From Kondoa subrosea (Eukaryota), in NCBI GenBank assembly GCA_039545335.1, contig BCIN01000002.1, positions 1 to 64,000 of the forward strand: 64,000 bases of DNA, in the 5' to 3' direction. Of this stretch, positions 11,716 to 25,416 are shown piece after piece. A program made the translations under genes and the position numbers. Below the pieces are notes generated by a model. The model did no database searches. It was not told where the DNA came from and saw only the letters and a program-made list of their open reading frames with translations. Every line of letters begins with the position of its first letter. Position 1 is the stretch's first letter.

Positions 11716-14700
11716 TTATTCCTTCAGCAGTTCTCGCGCTTGACGGGCCGGCCTTGAGAGAGCTGGTTGATCGCTTTGACAGAGTCGCTCAGCGACACCT
11801 GCCAAGTTCGGCAAAATACCTAGTGCCTCGACGGCACTTTTTGCGCTTTCTACGATTTCAAGCAAACATAAAGATGTCATGTTTGTTTCCGTATCGGCAT
11901 TAGTGATGTAGGTTCTAGCCGCAAACATTAAATATGTTGTTGAATCTATCCAAACCAATGAATATCACTCACGAGACGAGGCGTTGAGCGAGCTCTGGTT
12001 CCGAATTCAAAAGAGCAGCGAGATTGCGTGCGATGATGAGATTCCAGGTTTCTGATGTGTAAGGATTCAGCTGGAGACCCTGAATTGAAATCCATCAGAC
12101 CAACCTTTTTGACTCGGTTGCGACAAGTTGTCTTCAAGGAAAGATACAATAGCTGTCTTTGACACCAGTGAAGCGTTCTTGCCGCCCGAAGCAATTACTT
12201 TGGCGAGCGCCGTGGCATATGCATCTCTGATTGCATGATCCTCCTGATTGGCTGAACCAGTTAGAAGTTCGGTGATCAATGGGTCGACTGTAATGTAAGA
12301 AGCTTCTAAGTGTAATTCTATCAAAAGGTAGGATGAAATACCTCGAGGCTGATGGACCATCAATGCACCAAGTCCTGAAGCGGCACGGCTTCGAACTGAC
12401 TGGCTAGCGGGATCTGCCAGATTCTTGACAAAGGTGCGCTGAATTTGAGGGAAGAAAGGTCGAACTTGCATAGGTATATCGAGCAATAGAGTAGTGAGTG
12501 TAGAAAGGATAGCTGATTTGACTGGAGCGGGAACTCTTTCGCTGACAATTCGGATCAGAGGTCCAGCTATTTGAGGAACGAAAGGCTTGATGTTTTCGGG
12601 CGGTGTTCGGGAGACTAGATCGCCAAATCCGTAGGCTGATTGTTCTCTTTGCTCTGCTGTGCCTGCTGTCAACCCTTGATGGAATATGGCTGTCGAGTAG
12701 AGAAAATCAGTTGGAAACTTATAAGTAAACAACAAACACATACGCAAGAGTGGCTTCAAGCCAGAAGGGCGACTGAATCCGGGTACAAACTGTCCAGGCT
12801 CCCCCAGATTCTCGATTGTACGTCGCAAAGGAACTGATAGGGCTTCCATGTCTTCTTTGGAAATCGTCTTTACCAAAGCCTCGAGAGCAGCGTGTGCTGC
12901 ATCGATAACGTCGCTGTCAGGATCCATGTGTGATGATACCAATTGACGTAACCAATCGACATCGAAGTCCGTATGATCAATTTGCGAAGTAGTGCAAAAA
13001 ACGGCGAACAGTTGGCAACCGCTGATTCGCTTGGAGGGAGACTTGTCTTTGGTCATCCCGAGCAAGAACATGAGTATGGAGTTGAGTCCTGCTATATCGC
13101 TTATAGAGGCGAAGAGATCGCCAATTGTAGCATCGAGTTGACTGATTACTTCTGCGTCCTGTTCGCTTTGCTTCGACTTTTCCAAAGACGACAGAATTGC
13201 TTCGAGGCGAGAAGCTAGAGCTGGACCTGCAACTGTCACCAAGGAAGATAGAGCTTTGGCATTGACAATGCTGATTGGTTGTTTTATCAGTGTCGGCACG
13301 AGGACAGGGATGACAACACCAGCGCGAACAGCCATTCTGTAGCGGAAATAGTCAGAGACTACTCTTGATCGAAAGAAGTACCGACATACACTGCTCTCAG
13401 TGCTGCTAAAGCTGCATCTGCAATCTCGCCAGGTTGACCAAGAGCTTGAAGTAGACTTGGAAGAGTTTCATCGATTGCTCTTGGACCAAGCTGTCTTTGC
13501 AGAGCATCTACAGTGTAACGTTAGGACAGGTCGATTTAGGTCCAAACTACAACGCACCGAATGCCTGAGCGGCCGCTGCTCGAACTTGCTCATTGTCGTC
13601 CAGCAAAGATTTGCGAACAGCTGCAATCATTGCATCCTCACTGAATATATGGTAAACGAAAGATGCTGCCCGAAAAAAAATGCCAAAGCTCACTGAGATT
13701 CCAATTGCTGACGAGTGGTGTTGGCTAAGATTTCTACGTAAGCGAGGCAAACACCGCGGCGACTCTGTACATCTCCAGCGGATGCCGTCCGAAGGATGGG
13801 AATAACTTCTCCTAGTATGCTTTCACCCAATTTGCGAGACAATTCTCCCAACGTGCGAGAAGCAGTCTATGCTCTTTGATTAGCTCATGCCTAGAAAACC
13901 AGATAGCAAACTCACCTCCGCTTGCTCTCCAGCTGAAGTTGAAAGCGTTCGAACAAGAATTTGTACTGTTACAACTTAACTTAGTCAAATTCGATTCGGA
14001 GGCAATTTTGACTAACTGAGAGTAGGCAAAATTTCGCGGATAGTTCGAGGCGTATTGTGCACCAGCGCTTTCCATACATGGATGGAAAGCTTTCTGACCA
14101 GACCCGAAGGATCTTGGCGAACAATGTATACTGAGGCGAGAACTCGATCTCGTCGTTCTTTACCCAAAACATCGAGAAGAGCCTTTTTGGAACTTTCGGC
14201 TGTCTGTCGATCTTCTTCCTCTTCCTTCTCTTCCTCTTCGCCAATGTCTGCCTTTGAAGTGATTCCAACAATACGGAATAACAGCTCGCCGACCAATTGG
14301 ATCGAACTAGAAACGCATGTTAAGATGATGCAGATCGCTGGGATGACACTCTCTCACCTTTGCCTGATCCTCCAGCTGCCATCAAAGAGACCTTTCTCCA
14401 ATTCGGGTAACAAGAGATCGATAGCTTTAGTGCTGTGATTGGTAACAATCATGCGCCCTGCGCGCATAGAGGCATCGCGAACATAGTCAGAGTCGTCCGC
14501 CAGGCCAGATAAAATAGGTTGAATGATGCGTCCAAGATATGGTGCGAAGCGATCCCCAAAAACGGAAGGCAAAAACACGAGCAAACTGATATATCCTTCG
14601 CGAACATATGCTCTAGAGCTGGCTGTATTATTGATGATTTCCGGAAGCAATTCCTCCAAGCGTTCGACACCGAGGCCTCCTTAAAACATGGATCAGTAAA

Positions 14701-17700
14701 ACAGAAAGTCAATAGTAACAGAAGCTTATTTACCAATGATTTCGGCCAGACCCTGCGCAGCTCCTTGTTGATCAACTCCGCTGGAGTCAGATTGTAAAAC
14801 TTCCAGCAAGGAAGCGACTAGTTCAGGGAATGAATCTTCGCCTAATCTCTCTACGAGCCCGCCAAGCGCCTTTGCGGCTGTTGCTCTTGCTTCTGGTACG
14901 GGATCCACTAGAACAGTTCTCACTAGCGGTATAAGTTGTGATAGGTATGGTAGAAGATCCTTGGAATCGGTCAGCTGTAGGTTCAATCAGCCCTGATCTA
15001 ACATTCTAGATGGCATCCATTTACAGTGGCCATGTTTCCGCTAATGCCATAGGTCAGCGAAATTTACAGATTTAGCAGTAGGCACATACACGATCTGAGC
15101 GGACTTGCGCTTGACTTCTGCGCTTCTCTCTCGTAGTCCTCGGTCCAGAATTGGAACAACCTTCGATACAATCAGTCAATCGTGATGAAATACACAGAGA
15201 AGCCTCACAATTGCCAGAGAGGAAGAGTCGATGAAATGAGCGAATGAAGTTCTGATCAAGGTGTCGAGAGCTCGAAGGGTTTTCTTCGCAGGATCTACAA
15301 GCGCGTCCAACAGAATCGATTGAATCTGCTGAATTTCCGGATTGGTCACCACCTATCTACAGGTCAGACGAGGCAAGGAGCGAAAGACGGTGTTCTATTT
15401 ACCTCGCCGAATCTCTTTAAACTGCTATTCGCTGCATTACGAACTTGAGTGTGCGTGTCAGTCAACACGTCTGTCAGGCGAGGCACGATAATCGGAAGTG
15501 AAAGTGCCAATTGACGCGGTGCCAGGTATGCCATATTACCCATCAGATCAATGGCACCTTTCTTTGAACGCCATTCTGCGCAACAAAGCCAATCAATCAA
15601 TCTCTGCCGTCTGCGAGAAATGACTGACGCTTATCGTTCAGACTCTCCAGTAATGTAGGCAAGATCAACTTGACGGCATGTCCAGAGATTCGAGCCACTG
15701 CAGCTCTCTTAGCAAAGTAATTGCGATCGAACAGTATGCTTACTAATAGCACGTGCAGCATCCGAGGTGGCTTCACGAACATCAACGGAAGCGTCGCCTA
15801 ATGCTGCAAGCAGAAGGGGTAAGATCTGTACGACGTAAGGCTCGAAAATACGGCCAAGAATTGAGGAGAAACACTCGATCGCAAACATTGCACCTTGCTT
15901 TGGATTCGAGTTCTTCTTATCTTCTAGAGCGTCTCTAAGTCGAGGGATGATGTTGAACTCTCGCAAGGAGGCAATTCCTCGACCACGTATACAACCAGCC
16001 AGGCCATAAGCTGCGCCTCGGCGTTCGGCATATTTGGGACCATAGAACAGATCATGTAAGAGGCGATCGATGATGGCTGGCGCTTCTTCCTTTCGTACTT
16101 TGATCAAAGGTGGTAAACACTCCGAAACAGCAATTTGTACCACTTCGGATGGCGTTTTGAGAGCTTCGATAAGACGTTCGACAACAGCATTGATTCTGGG
16201 ATCTTCAGGTTCGAGATGCTTTGCGAGACGTCCGTAAAGAACGACCGTAGATTCCTGGCAATGTCATATCAGCGACTCTCTGTATATCGCTCGATGCGCA
16301 GATGTTGCGCTCACAATAATTCGGTCAGCTGTGTCTCGATCGAAGGCAGATGTCTTGCCGCCCAGATACTCTTCAAAGAGGGCGATCAAAGGTTGTAAGC
16401 TTTCTTTGCCTTTGATGTCGATGGTAGATGTTGCGGACTATATCGGTGTAATGAGCACAATAGAAAGGCATTGTCAACTGAAATGCTTACCTCGAGCATC
16501 TCAGATCTGACTTCTTGTGATCTGTCGCCAAGTGCGCCATCAACTAGAAGCAAATTGAATAGCTTTTGTACACTTGGGGGGTCGAAGTGCGGAGAAGAAG
16601 CTTTGAGTGCTGATGCTACTGCTTTTCGAGTTCGCCAAGGATCTTCGCGATTTAGCGTGGCCTCAATCACCATACCGAAGTTATCGTACTCAGGCATCAG
16701 CAGCTTGTTCTTTTCGATATACAGTATACGCAATTTTTCCAGCAATAGAGGCAATTGTTCCGGTTGATTTGCGATAGCAGCACCGATACTTCTAGCGCAT
16801 GAAGCTCTTGTAAACGTGGATTGGTGATCTACAGAGCTGTCAATACGAAAGTTATCGGAGATCAATCAGACGAACCTAAAAGTGGTATGAGACTTTCGAC
16901 CCAATCCTTTTGCAGTTCTAAGCCATTTTCTTCGAAGATTGCCGTTGCCATCTTAGCGTTTCGGGCATCATCATCATGACAGAGCAACCAAAGCTCTTTC
17001 GAGAAGTCGAGAACAGTGAGATCTAATGGCTGAAGCAGAATTGAGCAAACACAATAAGCAATCAGTCCACATACCTGCAAAGACTGAAGGCAAGCCAAAC
17101 GAATGTGCGATTCATCCACGAGTGCGCCTCGTTCCAGTGTCGCTATCTCTTCTGTAGTAGCGCTTTCAGGAATAGCTTCAGCAAGTGTAATTATTGCGCT
17201 GGATGCGGCTTTGGTCAGGGAAGGATACTGCGACAGCGCAAATAGTAATAGCTGTATTAAGGCAATGCGAGGGAAAGATGTCTCGGATGCTACGGAGAAC
17301 CAATCAATTCACGGCCATCGACGGAGACTGCACAAACCTGAGTGACAGTGAGCAGCTATTATATCTACCGATAGCGAGACTTGCTCCAGAGCAACTTCAC
17401 GCTCATCCGCCGTCAACCCTAACCCAGCTTGACGAATGACTTTTGCTAGCAGAGGGAAAATGAGGGTAAAGGTGACTGAATCAAAAGCCCGATTCTGGCT
17501 CAGAAATTGAAGTCGATAGAGTACTCGAAGGACAAGGGCTGTGAGACTGTAAGCATGCATAAAGCGTTTCGCCGGAGAATAGATGGCACTGACAAGACAG
17601 AGGTTCTTCGAGATGGTTTGACGGAACAACGGGACTATCGATTGCCCGAAGAATTGCGACTGCGATTGCCACCCTGAAGGAGGCAAGTTCCTGCGCCAGA

Positions 17701-20700
17701 GAAGAGGTTATGATCTAAAACAGGCAATCAGAAATTCGGAGCCGGCTCATGCTAATCTAATGAAACTAACCATCCACGATTCAAAAGCCACCTGATTGAT
17801 CTGTCGAGTTATAGGTAGCTGTAAGGCAGCGACTACGCTATCAATCAAAGACGGAGCGAAAGAGTGCGGTAGCTGAAGGTTGTAAAGCCAGATAGCTTCT
17901 ACGCTTCTAAAGCCGCGGCGTAGTTGCGCGAGAGCTGAGTCGACGTTGGCTCGAATCTCAGCTTCTTTTGCAAGTTGCGCGTCCAACAGCGATCGCTCAG
18001 CCTTGGTCAAGGTTTTCGGTATACCGTTGACCTTCTTGGCAGCTAGAGATTTACGAATGTCGTCTTCCCATTCTTGTATCGCTCGCTCTTTGCCTTTGGC
18101 AGGTCTCTGATTCGAAGCAGCATCTTTCGGAGCCAGCACATCGATATAAGGGGTATCAGCCGAGGCAGCCCAAATGTCCATGTCTGTTTGGCTGATATCT
18201 GTGAATGCCGAAGAATTCAGATCTTTCTGCACTTGCTCCAGCAGACGAGGTAGAACCAGATCAGGAGCAATCAAAGAAAAGACAGCTTGAGCTCGATATG
18301 CGGCGCTCTGGAAGTTTGAACTTGAAGCGTCGGTAATCGAAGCTTCAACTAGGTTGAGAAGCTTGAGATGATTTTCATTGACAACTTTCTGTGCGTCGAG
18401 CTTGTTTTCCAGCAGACATTCAATCCAAAGAGATTCAGCTTCTTTATCTAGAAACACAAAAAAATCAGATCAGTCTACGACATTAGTAGCAAATCTTTAC
18501 GCAGAGCAGGATGATATGCCATAATAGCCAAATTGCAGATATAGTCAGAAGCCGCTGATTCCAGTGTTAATGAATCCAGCGAGGCTAGAGCATGTATCAC
18601 TTGTCTTATATTGCCGGATTTGTTTGCAGGACTGTCTTCGTCTGCGTTTTTCAGTGCCTGTTGTTTCTCGTACTAAATGTATGTCAGTTTTACAGCTTTG
18701 AACAAGGTGGTACTGAAGAAGCTCACAGATAACAACCAGAATCGAAGACCAGGCAAGAAAATCGAATGTGTAAAAGCTGGTCTAGATGTTGTAAGCTGAC
18801 CAATCATGCGGAAAGCTTCTTTTCTTGATTCGTAGTGCTTGCTGTCAATAGCTACATGTAGAATAGGCAAAGCAGCCTCGGCACTGTTTGCAAAGATTGA
18901 GCTATTAACGCATAACAAACAGGCCAAATGACGAACTCTAGGTCCAATATCCCTTCTACTTGACTTTGTCTATTGGTCAAGACAGCAAACATGGCTCGCA
19001 ATAGCCAAACTTCTTCCTCTTGAGTTGTAATCTTCCGATAAATTCTATCCCAGAGCAAGAAACTTGGCTTGACGCCATGCGAGAGAATAGCTTGCAGGAC
19101 TGAATTCGCTGACAATATTTCATCTGCTTATTACTTCAGATCTGCTCCAAACTTGATAGCAGCAAAACTTACCGACCATAGGCCCTTTGAAGCAGCTTTC
19201 AAGCAACGCTACAGCTACGTAGCCTTCCAGTGGACCGCTTGGATTGGTGAGAGGACTAGTTGATGCATTTTTGAGGTTTGCTTCCAAAGCAGGCAGGACT
19301 GCCTTGACGAAATCTTCATCCACCTTTCTTTCATTAACGTGCGCATGAGACCATAAGCATTCTCCTAATCCTGCAACAACCGGTTTCCTGATTTGAGGTT
19401 TGGCATCTTGCATAGCTTTGACCAAAGCGGAAGTCAATGTTTTAGGTACAGATGCTTCTAGTGTCAATGGTAGATAGGCTGAAATGCAATTCATAAGCGA
19501 TACCAATGCTGGTTCGCTTGTTTCTTTGGCAAGAACGGCTGCACATGCTGAAAGAATCTTGTCGCTGGCTGTGGTCAAAGAAATATCTGCCAATAATGGT
19601 TTTGACGCGAGCATAGTGAAAAGAGTGACTCTTTGATCTGCTGACGATGTTTTACCGCTAGCCAGGAGAGAGGTGTATTCTGTGATTATCTTATCAAAAG
19701 CAGCTTGATCGTGTAATTTGGTCATAAGAATGTCAAAGACTTGACTTGCCGCTGCCCTTGTGCTAGGATTTGTTGATTTCGAAACGGTCAATAGGGAAGA
19801 GGCTAATTTGGTAGAAAAGACAGTTGAGGCTGAATGATTATCTGAGTAATGCGCAAAGAAGACCACAATCGTAGGCAAGACAGCTTCAGGACTTCGCAAC
19901 AGCATCTTTTCGAAAGCTGGTAGGATACTTGCGTTGAGATCTTCCGCCGTCACAAGCCTCTCAATAAAGTCGTCAAAAGCGTTCTATCGACAAGGGGGTT
20001 ATTTCTTAACGCTACGAGTCATAAGTCTCACACGTACGAGATGTCTTGTTGGAAGAGCCGTCTTTGAGAGAACTGCTTGATCGACATAAAACGCTAAGAT
20101 GGATGCTTTAGCTTGTACCAAAGCTTCTTTCCCTTCCAAGGCTAGTCGAGGTGACTTGAGTCGAGCCGCTACACCAATGACTATACTGAGTAGGGAGACT
20201 TGTTGAATTTTGCCTGCAGTCAATGTCTTTAAGAACGCAGGTATCAGTTTTGGTACATTGCGAATAGTTCTTCTTGTGGTTGCTATAGCACTTCGATTGA
20301 CTGATAGTTTAGCACCGGCTGAAGAATCTATCAAGGAATCTACGAGAAGTGACATGCTGATGACAAGCGGATTCCATGTTGGTAGTTGAGCAATTTCAAT
20401 GCCTTTGATCTTGTAGGCAGTCGCAAGCACAGTGGACACCCAATCAAGAAGAGCATATCTATTCGAAGCAGCCGTGGTAATCCCAGCTTCGACTTTGAAG
20501 ATGGAAGTCGTTTCTTTCGCCAGCCAGTTGCATACAGCTTGATAGACGTTAGACTCTAAGTCGACAGTAGCATCTGCTTGATCTTCTTCTGGTTTGACTT
20601 GCAACAAAGTCTGAAGCACAACGAGGACAGCATCTCTTGAGGCTTGATCACTATATAACGGTATTGTGAATATGAGAAGTCGAAGCACATCCAGTCTTTC

Positions 20701-20944
20701 GTTAAGCGCCAAATCTAAGAGACCAGCAATGCAATCACATATCATGAGCCAATGCTGCTGCACCCATGTATGCCAGAGCTGATGTACCTTGTCGAGTAGC
20801 AAATTGCTTGAGTGCATTTATGCGAATCTTTGTCGAACTTGCACCGAGAGCTTTCTGCATTTGTGCCTTGTAAGCTGGCCAGTCGAGTTGATCTGCATCC
20901 CCATCATTATCTGACGAAGAGTCAAAGTGTTCCTTCAAGCTCAT
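11716..20944 (-). CDS. GCN1: eIF2-alpha kinase activator GCN1 (HEAT-repeat protein)
   Basis: [85 protein letters not shown]. Many short introns. Confidence 0.96.
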
Positions 20945-21107
20945 CACTGTGTCCAAAAAACCAAAGCTTGCTTGACGAAAATCCACGAGAATCGCTATAC
21001 ACAGCGCTGACCCCCCTGCTGCTGCTTGAATCCACAGCTATATACCTTCCTCGAGTGGAATACCACAGTTGTCTGCTATACCTCTTTCCTGGTCATCACC
21101 TCCAATA

Positions 21108-22558
21108 ATGTCTGATTTGAATCTGGAGAGCGAATCTTTCTTGCGCGATGAAACGAAATCTACAAGTACAACAGTAGCTCTCATAGCTGGATCTGTTGGA
21201 GGAGCAACTCAAGTGCTAGTGTCCGTCATCATTGTGTTTGCGTTCATGCTATACTTGCTTACCATATCTATAATGTCATTAGAGGCCAGCCTCTGGTCAG
21301 TCTTGCTCTACTTCCGCATCTTCCTTCACTCATAGAAAGAACAGGATACAATCAAAACTAGAGCACAGATAGCGCCGAGAGGGCAATTCAAAGGTCCAAT
21401 GGATATCGCAATGCAGACAATAAAGAAGGAAGGCTTCTTCGCACTTTACAAAGGTAACACTACTCTTCTTCTGCCTTGTACTACACATATCTCACAATTT
21501 CTGTAAAGGCATGGCATCACCTCTTCTTGGTGTAGCAGGCGTCAATTCTCTTCTTTTCGGTTCTTTCGCTGTTTCGAAAGGAGTCGTATCTCCTTACCCG
21601 GATCTATCAATCGCACAAACTGCTCTGGCTGGAGCTATGGCAGGAGGCATAACTGCCACTCTGGCTAGTCCAGTAGAAATGTTCAAGATCAAGTGAGCTC
21701 CCCTAACCAGTGCAGTCATTCACGGCTGATTCTGGAATTAGAATGCAGGGTCAATATGGATCAGCCGATGACAGAAAGCTCAGTCGAGTTGCGTCCGATC
21801 TATGGCGAGAACATGGCTTCCGAAATGGTATAATGCGAGGCTTCTGGGTGACTGTGGCGAGAGAGATTCCAGCCTATGCGGGTAAATGGGACCGTTTCCT
21901 TCATTGTGTTGTGTGCTGAGCTGGTATCTAGGCTTTTATGCCTTCTATGAAGCTACAAAGCGAAGTTTCCAAACTAGACTGACACCGAATAGTCCTTCAA
22001 GTCAGCTTCCAGCTTGGGCTTTACTTACATCAGGCGCAATGGGAGGAATAGGCTATGTCAGTCCTTTGAGATTTCATTCTTATCATCTCGTGCTAAAAGG
22101 AAGACTGCACAGTGGACGGCTTGTTATCCGCTTGATGTTCTCAAATCAAAGGTGCAGATGGCAGACCAACCACCAAAGAGTATAGCGTATGTATGGAGAG
22201 GCTTCAGCGAGATAGCAGCGAAAGAAGGATGGAGCACTTTTATTCGAGGTATTACACCAACCTGTGAGTGTTTCACTCGACACAGTGGTTTGTCAATGAC
22301 ACATCATCTACAGATGTAAGAGCGTAAGTGAGACCAAGACTGCTAGAACTGCTGAGTGACTGATCTGTTACCTGTCAGTGTCCCAGCAGCAGCTTCAACA
22401 GTATGTCTCGATGAAATACATGCGGCATAACTAATTGTTTTCCGCTAGTTCCTTGCCTTTGAGCTGGCTCAAGATTGGCTTAACCAAGTAAGTCTCCTTG
22501 TTTGTGCTCAGGACTCCAACCGCTGACACTGGCTATCTTCTAGAACACATCATTGTAA
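21108..22558 (+). CDS. Mitochondrial carrier, carnitine/acylcarnitine (CRC1/YMC1-like) subfamily
   Basis: Three Px[DE]xx[KR] signatures (PLDTIK, PVEMFK, PLDVLK), YKGMASPLLGV and REIPAYAG. Confidence 0.9.
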
Positions 22559-23136
22559 CTACATTGGCAGCGGAAGGAACCGAACTGTTTGAGCGCAGTG
22601 AAGGATATAGACCTTGTACAACATGTATACAATAGAAGAGGCCCAAAAGTCTAAAACTAGCCGATCTTCGAATGACTTGAGTTTTTTCATGCAACTCTAC
22701 TCTTTTCTTCAACCACAATAAATTGTGTGCGGCACTTCTTTGCTACAACCCGTGTTGCAGTGCGCCCAAATAATAACCTCATTGGAGCACACTGCGTCAG
22801 CAAAGAAGCAGATCAAAATTTCCTCATTGCTCATCTAAGCACCCTTTGGCTTTTCATTATTCGTTGCATGCTCCTCACGAGTGTGTAATGGCCCTTGGCT
22901 TTGACTGTTGCAGGTTGGGCTTGTCGGTGGATGAATGTGCTGGGTTGGTAGAGCAAACAATTTCAATTTGGAAAAACGCGCAGGGTTGTGGAATAGGATA
23001 GGCTGTGTAGCAGGAATCGAGGCTTGTCAATACTAATGTATCACTTTGGGACTCGGCTAAATGAAATGCGACGCTTGTTCTATTCATTTACAATATACAT
23101 GCGCATCCCATTTTATCCTGATCACTCCTAATACCT

Positions 23137-25221
23137 TTACCCTCTTTCAACAATGGGCCAGCCTGAGGATATAAGTCAGTATTAGCATAGGCAGTTGCGA
23201 TGGACGAAGGACTGACCATGATAACTTTGATGCAGCACATCTATCGCGAAGCGACTAAATGTACTTTTTGGTGTACCAACAATACCTCTTGATTTGGCGG
23301 CTACCATCATATCCACAACAGGATACAAGAAAGGTGCCAGAGGAACGTGATCGTCAGCATTTCGCCATACATCAAGCTGATGTAGGGCTTCAATTGGTTT
23401 GCTGTTGTATTTGGAAGAAGGACCGAAATCGGACAGAACAAAGGTGCAGGGGAAGGCTTTGAAAAAGATAGCCAAGTTCTTGTCGGATTCGGGAATCCGC
23501 GAGTCGGTAGCGAGAAAGAGAGGTGCATTGAGATGGATATAGGGCGAATCTGGAGGGTAAAGAGGTCCGCGACAGGTGAGAGCAGGATCTAAAGGTGAAT
23601 CTGAACGCTGTCGGATTGGTCGAATAGGTTTGGGCCAAGGATGCTTATATGCTCCAGGTCTTTGAGGTCTGCTGTTAGAGGCACGCTTCTGCAGATGGGA
23701 AACGGTGACATCGTGTTCCTCCGCAGTTTCGAACGATCGTTTTGCTAATATCGCTTCTTCGCTTGTATCGTCATCGTCTTCAGCTTCTTGAGGCTGCTGC
23801 GAAGAGGATAAGAGATCAGGTTGAAGTTGGCGAATAAGTTCTTCTGTGAGTTTGTCACTGAATTTGAGCTTGTTGTGCATAAGCTGTCGAAAGATGAGCA
23901 GAGCGTTCTTGCCCGCTTGTTTCAGGAAAACCCCATCTCCGACTCGGAAGTGAACACCATAGTAGCCTGCTTCACCGCCTAGCTGATCGCGCATTGTATT
24001 TGTAATATGATCCAAAGTGGGATTGCTGAAGACCATTGCTTGCCTCATTGCTGACCTGACTTCCCAATTATCCTCTTCAACTGTTCTGAGTCTAGAGGTG
24101 CCAAAGAGCGATCCCACATGTACAAGCTTGTATTCGTCCAAGAGTTTCAGATCAGCCAATTCAATCCTCTTCTCAAACTTCTCCAGGGGTTCCTCATCAT
24201 CGCTTGAGTCGTAGTAGCGAAATTGATACATGCTATCGTCTTTGAAAGCATAGATGTCCTCATCCTCTCTAATGCCTAAAGTGTCTTCTAACCATTCCAA
24301 AGTTCCATTCCACCGATCAATAATTGGTTGTTGCATGGTTACCTCAATTTGGGTCATGTTCACCAGGAAATCCCAGCTGACAAGAGTCCAATCGAAGAAA
24401 TCTATGCATTCGCGAGGTAGAATGCCATATTCGTCGTAATTTCGACAGTGTAGAAGACCGTCTTTAGTTGCTTGGTTCAGCCGTAGATGGAGTTTATCGA
24501 AAGAAATGTAAGGGATAGCATTGCCAAAGCGTACAGGCGGAATGAGCAGAGTTCGGTTCAATAATTTGGCTAGGGTCAGGGCGTTCTCCAGCGCTATCCG
24601 TTCTATACGCCAGGCAACAAATAAACAAAGGTGTGTATGGATATTCGCATCGTCGCCTTACGATTATGATAACCAGAGTGCGTAAAGTATGCCAAATAGC
24701 GAATTTGATCTTGAGGGATTCCTTCGGGCGGATGTCGTATCGGCGGCTTGACGTTGATATCTCTAGTGAAGCCCTGCTGCGTAGACACAGAGGTTCCCGT
24801 ATAGTGTGATAGTGTTTGCACGATGTTTGAGTGTTGCGACGTTGGAACATCAGGTAGATAAAATAATATGAAGAGAAGGATGAGACAGAAAGTAGATAGG
24901 GCGAAGAGCAGATTCGATAGTAGTCTCTGTTTGCCTAATTGAAGTTTGGCTTCACCGAGAGAGGCTGGGCCAAATCTTCGAGATGTCAGAGGTCGACGCT
25001 GTTTGCTGTCCGACTGGATATCACCGTTTGCTTCAGTTGATCTGCCTTCGATATCCACGCTTGTGCGTCTTCTATGCGCTATACCAACGAGTCAGCCGTG
25101 GTGAAGTCTCTGGCTGCCAGCTAGAAAACGCACAAAGCTCAGTGAAAGTGGGTTGCAAGGGAGAAGTCTGGCCATGTCTTGTAGATTCTGCTGTATGTGA
25201 CAAACGGGCGTCTGCAGACAT
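23137..25221 (-). CDS. Type II membrane O-fucosyltransferase-like glycosyltransferase (fungal CigA-like)
   Basis: N-terminal TM helix, YLAYFTHSGYHN|QRIALENAL..LNRTLLIPP, GSLFGTSRL, GVHFRVGDG, LFLATD, GTPKSTFS, tail GWPIVERG*. Confidence 0.82.
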
Positions 25222-25416
25222 ATCATCTCGCGAGCAGCCTCTCAATTTGGTATAGAGCAGAAAACGCGGTATCTTGGCAAAAGAGCACAAATATCAAAAG
25301 ATAAGTCTGTGTTCGGAAAGATACAAGCGATCTGCCTTCCAAAGCCCAAGCAGATTGACAATACAATGGAACACAATAAACTAAACGTCCGCCGAATCTA
25401 CTTTCACATGTGAGCT

